A DNA stretch of 64,000 bases from Fimbriosthenelais zetlandica (taxonomy: Eukaryota), in NCBI GenBank assembly GCA_977030845.1, contig OZ365116.1, positions 17,980,001 through 18,044,000 of the forward strand, in the 5' to 3' direction. Below, one piece after another: positions 49,550 to 59,800 of this stretch (within the stretch, counting starts at the first letter, position 1; each line of letters starts with the position of its first letter). A program made the position numbers and the translations under genes. The notes below the pieces were generated by a model. It saw only the letters and a list, made by a program, of their open reading frames with translations, had not been told where the DNA came from and made no database searches.

Positions 49550-49738
49550 GAAATATTTTTATGAAACATGCCCCAAACACAGAAAGAGATATGGTGATGG
49601 TGCAAGTGATAGTTGTAGTTAAAATGTCCCCAAAAGGGTGACAGATAATATTCTGAAATATTTTATGAAAATTGCCCCAAATAAGAGTATGCGAGAAATT
49701 AGTAAATTATTGAAAATATTTTATGAAACAAACCCCAA
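49550..49738. repeat. Three degenerate copies of a ~27-bp motif GAAATATTTTATGAAACATGCCCCAAA
   Basis: Copies at about 49550-49577, 49655-49681 and 49713-49738, plus a partial AAAATGTCCCCAAA at 49621-49634. Confidence 0.8.
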
Positions 49739-49744
49739 TTAGAA

Positions 49745-49925
49745 AGGAGATGATGAGGTTCGGAGGGGATGAGACACAGGGTTAGGGACAGAGGGGAGAG
49801 ATGGCTGGAGGAAAGGGAAATGGTGTGCTCGGGAGAATATAAGAGACAGTGGAGAACATGGGGGATGGGAGAGATGGTATAGGAGAAGGTATAAGGGAGG
49901 GTGAGGGTGGTATAGTGAATGGGAC
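49745..49925. repeat. G/A-rich low-complexity tract
   Basis: Visibly purine-skewed on the + strand (gga/ggg/gag runs). Confidence 0.6.
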
Positions 49926-50702
49926 AGTGGCTAAGTAAGACAGGGTGACTGGGAGAACTCAGAGAAGGGCATGAGAGAATTCAAAGAGGAGATTATTATA
50001 GGAATGATTGGAAGCAGGAGGAAAAGGATGGAGATGGTGAGTCCCCTGTTAGAAATTTTACATAGTGATGGAAATGAAATGTGTTTAATTGTAGCACATG
50101 CTTGTACTTGCCCGAGCACTAAAACTAATGTAGTGATCAATGATGAAGTTTGCTAGCCTCCATCCAACAATATGTCACCCGTTTTCATTAAATGAGTTTA
50201 AAGTCGTAAAGGTGAGATATAAGTGGCTTGTACACAGTGCTTTCAGGCCAATAGCATCGAATGGCCCTGTGCGACTTTAGACTCGCTTACAGAAAACACC
50301 TCAAAAATGCAAGAAGCAAAGGAGCTGATTTGGCTGGACGGACCTCCCCTCGCTGACCAACCGTCAAAAGCCTTGCGAATTTTGCCTGTTTTGTAACGAG
50401 AAAGGTATCAAACACCTACCGACTGTAAAGCTAGGGACCTAGGGTAAGGCTAGCCAAAAGGCGGTCTCAAGGTTCTTGCAAGGGAGAGACCTGGGATCTG
50501 GTAGACTATAGTTCTTCCAGAACGAGAAGTTAACTTCTCATTCTGGAAGTAATAATTAATAAAAGAGGAAATACATGATTGACGCAGCCAATTAATCTGT
50601 ATGTAGTATAAAAATGCGAGCGCTAATGGTAACTCCCATTGACGGTTCTGGGTTAACGACTTTATTACGTTTTAATACTATTTAATACACTTACATTTCC
50701 AG

Positions 50703-50818
50703 ATATTATTTGGCTAAGATGGACATGAAAAGGTGCACACGTACCACAGAAGAGACTGCAATGTGTATCGCCAAGGCCATGGACTGTGATGAGGCATTGA
50801 AGGCGAAAAATTTTACTG
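50703..50818 (+). CDS. SPON1: F-spondin exon, end of TSR2: (R)YYLAKMDMKRCTRTTEETAMCIAKAMDCDEALKAKNFT(A)
   Basis: Acceptor ttacatttccag| and donor G|gtacct; 116 nt, phase 2 to 1. This is exactly the phase bridge needed between the flanking exons and supplies the remaining TSR cysteines. Not in the ORF track. Confidence 0.9.
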
Positions 50819-50923
50819 GTACCTATATAATTATATTGTCTTAAATATTGAACGATTAAGTACTGAAAACTGTTCTCATGGTAAATCATTTGACCTTTCA
50901 TTGGATTTGTGATATCTTTCCAG

Positions 50924-51103
50924 CCATATGTGCCCTGCCTGTAGAGGTTGGCCCCTGCAGAGGTCGATTCAGCCGTTTTTATTACGACACCACCATGGGT
51001 AAATGCTTACAGTTCACATATGGTGGCTGCCGAGGCAACAACAACCGATTCAGAACAGCAGAGGAATGCAACAGCATGTGTACAGCTCATATGACATTAG
51101 AAG
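50924..51103 (+). CDS. SPON1: F-spondin exon, Kunitz/BPTI domain: (A)ICALPVEVGPCRGRFSRFYYDTTMGKCLQFTYGGCRGNNNRFRTAEECNSMCTAHMTLE(D)
   Basis: Acceptor atctttccag| and donor G|gtaaca; 180 nt, phase 1 to 1. Six Cys with canonical Kunitz spacing and the F.YGGC.GN.N.F signature. Confidence 0.97.
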
Positions 51104-51229
51104 GTAACAATAAAATTCACCAATTTCAATAAAATCATGAACAGAATGCGCATTCATGATGTCATTGAATATTTCAATGTTGACATTTCGTTTAATGGAT
51201 GCTTTCATCTATCTTTATGTCCACAACAG

Positions 51230-51544
51230 ATCGGAATACAAAATCTACAGAAAAAAGGAAGAACAGGAAAAGTCGGAGAAGAAATGAACTTACTGACAGG
51301 CATCGTAACCAGAACCACAGACAAGGAGGCGAGTCACCCGAGCCTCCCGACCTGCAGGGTGATAAGAACATAGAACCTGTGGACTGTATGGTCACCCCGT
51401 GGTCCCAGTACTCTGAGTGTTCAGCTACCTGCGGCAAATCATATAAATTCAAGAGGAGGATGATAAAGAGGGAGCCCCTCAACGGAGGCAAAGTTTGCCC
51501 CAAAAAGCTGGAACGCAAGAAGAGATGTAGTGTAGCCAAATGTC
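51230..51544 (+). CDS. SPON1: F-spondin exon, polybasic linker and TSR3
   Basis: Acceptor ccacaacag| and donor C|gtaagt; 315 nt, phase 1 to 1. Reads DCMVTPWSQYSECSATCG..KRRMIK..PLNGGKVCP..C. Confidence 0.95.
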
Positions 51545-54500
51545 GTAAGTGGTCTTTGCTCTTAGATTTTCACTGTTTCTATGGAAGGGGCCTTGGTTTT
51601 GATTTTCTTTTATTATGGGATTTCACAATTTTGTTGTAGGCTTCCCCCTTTTTCATCCAAGTTCTCATCTCAGTTGATGCGTATACCGTCCTACCATTGA
51701 CAGTTTGACGGATGGTAAAGGACCGATCTGCCACTTGGGAACTGGCGCATCTTTTTTGTCAATTTGGTGATTATAAAACACAACTATCAGAGCACATTAT
51801 CAAGCCTTCCAACATACAGGCTTAAAGCAACATATTTCAGACACTTAATATGTTTGCTTCATCTCTTCACAGTCCATCAAAATCCTTTCCATCAAGATCA
51901 TTGCCATATCTTCATCCGTCAATTACTCTAATATTTGTTTAGCTGAAAGGGATTAATCTTCATGCACTTTCGGTAATGTGCCTTTCAAATAGATTACATA
52001 CTGAGCAAACGATCATTTCATTTACCAATCGCAGTAGGAAACTTCAACTTGTTTCAGAGGAGTTTCTGAGTCACTGAACACAGTGATGTTAATGCCTTCC
52101 ATTACAATGATGGTCCCTTTGATTAATTGTCATAATGACAACAGCTTTGACTGAAGCCTAAACACTCATCTAGTTACTCAGGTTTTCTCTTTTCCCCTTG
52201 TCATACCTTAATATATGTCAAGCATCCATTGTTACTAATTACTATAATGAGACCATCTGTCTTAATTAGTGGCCCTTTCCCACCACCAATCAAGCCTATA
52301 CAGATAGGAGACATATCTGTATAGCCATCTAGAGGCCGGGTGATGGATCCTCTAAGAGCCCTGTTGGAGAGACAAAATCAATATGTCTGCTTTGTCATTA
52401 AGGGAACCCGAGCGAAGGCACTTGCCGAGTTATATGCTTGTAATCAATGGTGGTGCTCTTGTGGACAGGAAAGCAATTGGGATATGGACACAGCATACTA
52501 CCTACACATCCCCAGAGAGCAGGCAATGATCAGCCTCCACATTCCAGGCTTAAGATTTATTGTTTCACATAAATCCCTACAGAAATTACGTGGCCAGGCT
52601 CCGCCAGTTACTTTTTGTGCGTATATCTCCCGCTCTGAGATGCTCCCTGACAATCCAACTGATAGCTTCCACGGCGATTAGTAAATTGAATTGCTGGGAT
52701 GGAATGTCACATGGAATCCTTTCACCGATATAAAGGATTATTTTTGTAAGGGACGCGGATTTGGGGCTTGGGTTTTTTACATATGACTATTTAGATATAG
52801 AAGGTAATAGGAAAATAAGTGGTTTCAGATGATTACTTTTATTCACAAGCTAAACTCCACCTTCTACTGCCCATACATTTAAAGTGTTGCAAATTTAGTC
52901 TATATACAAATAAAATGCTTTGTCGGCAATAATTGCCGTCTTGACATTATCCCATAAAGAGAAACATTACCTATAAAGACGTGCGTTTATTCCTTGCTCA
53001 GACAGCATTATGCCTATACGCCTCCTACCATTGCTGGGTCTTGCTCCTGGCTACCAGCATCATATAAATCTGTCTCATACATCAGCAAATGGCCAGACAG
53101 GCTCGTCTGACCCCTCATGTCCACACATTTCATAGCAATACATAAAACAAGGTGAGCATATCGGGGCAGCCCGGCCAGTATTGGGTTCAGTGTAGCTGGG
53201 TGGTGGTGGCTCGCCCCACTGAGCTCACCTCACACATGGATCAATCCTCCTACACGGCCCTGATTTCCTTGGAGGCCTTGCTTGACAAACGAGGCATCAA
53301 CGTACAGGACGTGCTCATTTGGCTGATTCAAGGAAACAATAAAACTTACATGCCATCTGATTTATGGAGACGAAATGACCAATATGTTAGAAAGGCTGAC
53401 CAAGTGAAACAAGAAGCTTTGACATGGGGGCAGGGTGAGATGGTAATGACTGATGGTGGATCAGTCTTCATTCACACCACCAACACCACCCAACCTTCCA
53501 CACTCCATCTACACCTTCCTTCCTCTAACCTAAACGAACCGCCTAAACCCTACCAAATACATGTATCCAATTAGTCATGCTACAAAGTTAGAGGTTCTTA
53601 AAGGACCACTACCCCCAAATGTCAGCGAGCAATTTTCATCACTTGTTCTTCCCTTGGTATTCAGCTGTATTTCCATGTGTGTTTGCTGGTAAATATAAAC
53701 ACCCAAGTAATCCCACTTGCCTCCAGGCTCCTACAATCCCAGCCTCTCACCATTATCACTGTAACCCCAATTTTCCATCTGTCTCCTTACATGGATGGTT
53801 GTGACTCGCCCTGCATGCCCGGACATTACTCTATTCCAGGCAGCCACTGCTCCCCATTTACACCGTTATGTCCAACCCCGCCCACTTAAAGCCAACCTCA
53901 TGATAACCTGTTGTAATATTTGGCCATTTTTCATGATCCCTTTGCTCCCACCCTCTTCCCCACCCCCATTCACCCCCATTCAACCCCCCTCCCCTCGCAG
54001 TACATCTCTCCTCCTCCGCTCCTCCAGTGGCTCACACTGATATGTTTGTTTTAGATGGGTGTAATTTCCCTTTGGCTATGACTGCACAGAATGCCATAAT
54101 GCAGAGGAAATACAGAAATATGGCAGCGTTGACACAATAGTCATCTACTGTGAAGCTATTACAGGGACTATTGTTTCAACTCGCTGCCTTGAGTTGTGAT
54201 GATTGCCCTGTTTACTGAGTTATTTCTGCAAGAAAGTAGATCCCAACTCTCTCAATCATAGACGTATAGGATTAATGAATGGTATCTGTATCACTTGAAA
54301 AGCTATCCCTGATGTCTAGCTGGTGGTGGTCAGCACCTGTAATACATCTTCACAGATATCCAATAAATTAAGCTTCCAGGGAATTTCTCTCCATTTCAAC
54401 ACAGTATGTGACTATACCACCCTCCTGCCTCTGCCATATCCCATGGCAAAGTAGAGTCCTATCTACAGTCGAATATATACATATATTCCATACATATCTG

Positions 54501-56544
54501 ACAAGCTGCTATGTTCATGTTTGAAGGGGAAGTGTAGAATATTCATTGGAAGTTGGTCTTATCGAGCCCCTGCTAAATGCTGCGGCTTGGCCTGCTGGAT
54601 GGCCCCCCACTTACAGGTGATCAGTCATATGTAATCTTTACCCCATGGATCCTCATTGAGAGCAGTTCAGGTGACAGGTTGAGCTGCTCTTGTTGCATTG
54701 CACATCAATACTTGATGCTCCGCTCATGGCTTGTTTAGTCAGGGATTGCCTCGTAATGTCTCGTCCCAACAAACCTGAAAGAGAAACGCCCAAAATAATA
54801 CAACAACTCTCCCCGCCCCTCCGTTTGATATGCTCAACCAGCCTGAAGTATTCTGTAGTCGCTAGATACTACTATAACATTCAATTTTCCCTTCATGCCC
54901 TCACTCTCTCTGGCACTTATATGTGACTTTTGCTCCATTACCCTTCATGGAACTCCATGGGGAGTTGCTTCTTTGTGTGTGACGAGTGATAGAGAGACAA
55001 AAGCAGGACAGGCCTTAGAATAGAATCACGTTTGGTGACACCCAAAGCAATTGTATTTATATGAGGAAATCACAATGAGTTTCCACCGATATACCCAGAG
55101 TGATAGCATCAAACTCTGTGGAATTACCCCCAGTCCTTGAAGTAAGGAGTGCTTGAATGAAAACGGGTGCGCCTGGTCTGATGAAAAATGCATGATGCCA
55201 TTTCCAGTGGAAGGCGGGGTGTAAGGGCTCGTAATTGTAACGGGCCATGACTGGTAAATGGAGGACTCTCCCGGGCCCCAGTATCATGAATACCATTACT
55301 CCATGATTCCAGCCAAGCTGAGTAAATGTCAAACAGCTCGCTATCTCTCTTTATCTTCCAACTGATCTCCATCCTATTGCCATAAAATTGGGTTAGGCTG
55401 TAGTAAATCCAGTCTGACGATAATCTGGGACTTGGTAACACTGTCTGCCTGGAGGGGTCAGTGCCAAAACAGAGTTATCGCTTACAAATGTCTCCAATAA
55501 GTGAGAACAGAGAGGAGCCTGTTATATTCATGGCTGATTCCTCCAATGATGCATTTATTCAGCAGAACGCTGGAAATGTCCATTTTCTGCTGCATATTTG
55601 TTATGTAGAAAAAGCAGATTTTTCAATATTTGACCAAACGAAAGGAGAGAATTGGGAAGCCATGGGGAGATGATTATATATAGAGAGGAAGCCACATAGG
55701 AATACTTGATAGAAACAATATGTGGTGAGTCACATGAGAATCCATGTCAGGGATCAAGGATGGTGGATGACTTTGACCCATCATCCAGGTGTAGATTTAT
55801 ACAGACATCAGATATATCTACTGAACTCTTTCAGTTGACACAAAGGAAGCCATGTTATAACATGCAGGTTTTGGATGCCTTTTCGGCTGGCGTTTATAAT
55901 GATCAAACCCTCTCTGCCATATCTTTCTGATGCCGACACAAGGTGGTGTTGATCCTGTCCACCACCTACCCGGGGGCATTCTGATGGACACTGTTGCTGA
56001 CACCTTGTATCTTTAGATCCATGTTTTCTAATCAGGGCTAGGCCTATCAGAGCTGGCGGCGTGAGGGCCATGCCAAGCGGCACCATCAAACATGTATGTG
56101 TTGGGGGACGAAGACCTCCCGTGCTCCGGCCTCGGGAGGATTTATTCCTCTCCTTGTAGGGATTAACCTCCACCCCTGAAGGAGACCTCTTGATGCCGCT
56201 ACCAGCCGCCAGGGGGAAATGTTCCCACCACTTCTATAGATGGCCTTGCAAATCCCACTTCCGTTTTATAGGTCATTTCCACTACTTTAGCTGTCCTTTA
56301 CCTAATAAAGTTGCAAGAGGACTTTAGAAGGTCATTGTACTCAAGGAAATTTGATGTCTTTGAAACCAATTAAAAGGGCATTTGTGTCCTTTGATATAAA
56401 GACCATCAGGGTCCTTTGAAAACTACACATTTAGTGTACATTATGCGGCATAAAGTTCAAGACGTATAGCCATTTTAACATGGTCTCGCTGCTCCCCTCT
56501 CTTTCTCTCATAATCCTAATTTTATGTTTTGATTTATTCCACAG

Positions 56545-56727
56545 CTCGTGACTGCCAGTTAGGACCGTGGAGTGGTTGGTCGCCTTGTGTTAAGTCATGC
56601 GGCCTAGACAGTATACAGGAACGTGTGCGACCAGTGAAACGTTCAAGACGAGAGGGTCATACCTGTGAACCGAAGATACAAAGAAGATATTGCCGTCTAC
56701 CACCATGTTCAGGAGATGCCCCTGTAG
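56545..56727 (+). CDS. SPON1: F-spondin exon, TSR4: (P)RDCQLGPWSGWSPCVKSCGLDSIQERVRPVKRSRREGHTCEPKIQRRYCRLPPCSGDAPV
   Basis: Acceptor ttattccacag| and probable donor G|gtagaa; 183 nt, phase 1 to 1. Complete six-Cys TSR. Confidence 0.93.
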
Positions 56728-56815
56728 GTAGAAGCTCTTTGTTCAAATCTCACAAATGTATTTTGAAACGCAAACTATTTTCAAGGTAGTCCTAATGATC
56801 TTTTACTTTTTTCAG

Positions 56816-56865
56816 TTACGGGGGAAGGAACAGATGCGAAGACGGTTGACCGAACAAACGGATGA
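56816..56865 (+). CDS. SPON1: Probable terminal coding exon: (V)TGEGTDAKTVDRTNG*
   Basis: Strong acceptor cttttacttttttcag| 88 nt after the gtagaa donor; phase 1 stays open to TGA at 56863-56865. No conserved motif confirms it, and retention of the 88-nt intron is an alternative reading. Confidence 0.7.
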
Positions 56866-59800
56866 AGATTTACAAAGATAGGACTGAACTGTTAACCATT
56901 AACTGTATTACTAAATAATCCTTTGGCCCTTTTATTCCTAGTATTATCCAAGTACGTGATAAGAGCATAATATCCTCATCGTATCAAAATATAGGAGAAT
57001 GGGATTGATATATACCGGGCTAGTTCTCAACATCAAATAGCACAAATAAGAAAAATGGGAATGGAGATAAGTGTGTATTGACATCAAATATTTTTTATGA
57101 AGATCAAATTACTTTTGTACATCAGTGATGTGTTTGTGTTTTGTCAAACTATCACAAATTTTGGAAGTTGTTATCTTTGGATAGAGAGAGGTAATGACTA
57201 TACTAAGAAAGTCAAATGAAAGCTAGTTTCAATATGTAGTATATAATTTAACAATGATCACTTGGTTGAAATCATTTTGAAGAAGATTGAAGATTGCAGT
57301 GCGGTGGTTTTTCAAAGCCCAGCGGGAGAGATATGTGTATATATCCTTTGTTCCCAGATGATTTATGTACATGTACACTGAAGGTAACGTTTTATGTAAT
57401 TGGAATGTAGATTCTCATGTTGAATGAGGCAGACGTTTTGGCTGTTGAATCTGGCGAGAATAGATCAGATAACCCCGGAGTTGTGCACACGACACCTGGA
57501 TGTTTTATCTATCGTAGAATCTGTGTATACCATATATACATTTTCTGAATAGCCTTGACTCTCTAGTATATCCAGGATAGTGTGTTGGGTATCAAAGGTC
57601 ACCATGGTGAACTTGTGTCTCAGTCGAAAGATAGATCCAAAATGATTCATTTGAAATATCGCTGTATATTGTCAGAAGGATGGAAAATATGCCTGTGCAT
57701 TGTTTTACTGTAAATTGTTTATTTATATATCTGGGTTGACTTCCACTTGGCCGCCTTTCCAGGTATCTACTCTCTGTGTTAAAGTACAATAGGAGAAGGT
57801 TGTGTGATGAGAAAGGGGTACTTTTGAAATTACTCCATATGCAAAATTCTTAAATTACTTTACGTGGTCTATGGCCTGATTTACAGTGATAACAGAAGTT
57901 AATCGACGTCTTACTAAGTTTCGCTCCCTATCACCCTTCAAACACTCTACAGGTCATGTATTACAAGAGAATGATCTTTTAAAATTTCATGTTTTGCAAG
58001 TTTACACTCCTGTCCTGCGCTTTTTGTCTTGTGTCATTTCAACCCACGTGCCTTTAAAAGATGCTAGCGTTAGAGGACTTTCAAAACAGAATTTCTTATA
58101 CGATGCTCCCGACTTTGCAAGTTGGATCTCTAGGATATATAGGATTCTCAAGTCTCTGTGTATATTTTGTTGTACCTCTCATTTCTTGTCTAGTCCTAAC
58201 TATTATACTGTGGCCCTCGGCTTCAAATTTTTGCATTCTGTATATACTCGGAAGGTTTAAACGTGGTGAAACTGCAAGTATGTTTCATGTGTATGAAAGA
58301 GGAAAAGTTTAGCAAAGTTATGAATGGGATTTATGACTACTATAGACCTTTTTGTTATATTCGTATCACTTCACATCCTATGCAGGGTATGAATGGATTG
58401 TATGATTGTTAAGTAGAATAGTCGCATCTAAAATGGGAAAATTGAAAAATGAAACTTGTGCTATTCACATTTTGGAGGTGAATACTAATTGCAGACATTA
58501 CATAATGGCAAAGTAAAAGTGTATCATCATATGTATTGATCCTTAAAATTTAGAGAGAAATAATCAGAAGGAAATGTACTTACATATTGTAACCAATGAT
58601 TACCATGTATATGAATATGTACCGAAAAGTACATATTCTCCAAAAAAAATAATATCTGTATAGAGATTTATTAAATTTTGTAAGAAAGAACTGTATTTTG
58701 TAATAGTTATGTAGATTAGTGCAGTAGCTTAGGAAAAATTGACGAGAGATCTCCACTGTATATACCTCCATAGCTTCTCCTCCTCCGTGTACGTTCGACC
58801 TGCTGACCGTGGCCTTCGTCTCCGGGATGTATTTGATGTGTAGGCCGGCTAGTGGGTGTGAGAACAGGTGGACTGCATGGTGAAAGGTGACCAGAAGATA
58901 AGAGGTCCCAACGAGAGGACCGCATTAATAGCAGCATATGCTCTTCAGTAATTTCATTTATATAAGGCGAAATATTTCACAGAACTGATTGTAACATTAA
59001 TGGTGTCCAAATTACCCAGGGTTTAAATCTTAAGTAAGAAGGTTAGTCTGCTGTACATTGTGTAAAGAGAACCTATAAGTAGTTAGCTGTATTGTAAGTA
59101 GCAGGTCATTGGGTTGACCCATAGCCAGATGGTTGTGACAAGACTTTCCCATCTCTGTCCACCACTCGGTGCCCAGCATTAGCTCACCCTGCGCCACCTG
59201 TACACGTCCGGCTAATAGTCCCCACACGCCAGATCCATACAGCTAACTATGACCATGTACTTCTCACTGAAAGCTTAAATTCACTTTAGTTGTCTAAACG
59301 TTTACAGGGTTTGGTATATGACCATACATGTAATTGTAAAACACTCTCTTACTGATGTTAGAAACTTTTGATCTATCATTATGAGTTATTGTATTCTTAA
59401 GACTATATTGTAAAACGATACGCCCTCTTCACTATTGGGGAGATGTATGACTGCAGCATATTTGGTCTTATTAGATAGGATTTGGGATGTCTTATAGATG
59501 TGGGGAGGAGTTGCTGCTAGGTTGGGCTAACAATTGTGAGAACAGGAATAACAGATCTGGCATTTCCCAGAAGTCATCCGAGCTGCCCTGGTTAAAAGTC
59601 ATTGATGATGTATAAAGGCTATGTTGGCAATTTGTTCTTGTATATTCAGGCATGTGTAGGGGGTGGGGAGGCGTTGGTTGGGGGTGGTGTGGTCAGGAAC
59701 ACCATCATTTATGTAGCATACTCGACGCTTCCGGAAGACGATCTATAACCCTGGAGGAGCGGCATACTGGAGCCCTAATTGGGGTCAGCCCAGCACCCTC

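Larger units (their letters stand above)
906..56865 (+). other. SPON1: F-spondin / spondin-1-like gene, 5'-truncated by the window edge. 14 coding exons visible: 906-1009, 35098-35231, 41842-41915, 42026-42154, 46534-46685, 47239-47395, 47486-47592, 47700-47979, 48095-48353, 50703-50818, 50924-51103, 51230-51544, 56545-56727, 56816-56865
   Basis: All introns are GT..AG and splice phases match at every junction. The exons total 2240 nt in one open frame. The translation shows Reeler motifs (GFMLVA..GTFQ, WTAPPPGTGC), Spondin_N motifs (DCCACG, THPKDYP, GASHS, GPSPDW, PWDAGTD), four TSP1 repeats and a six-Cys Kunitz domain. Family assignment is from recalled sequence motifs. Confidence 0.96.

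Noticed and set aside
53152-53574. 140-aa + strand ORF in the last large intron
   Set aside because: It has no secreted-module or transposon motif and is not needed in the gene model, because the flanking exons join in phase 1 without it.
57465-57530. Minus-strand ATAAAACATCCAGGTGTCGTGTGCAC loosely resembling the Deu/Nin SINE domain
   Set aside because: The match is short, degenerate and recalled from memory, and there is no associated tRNA head.
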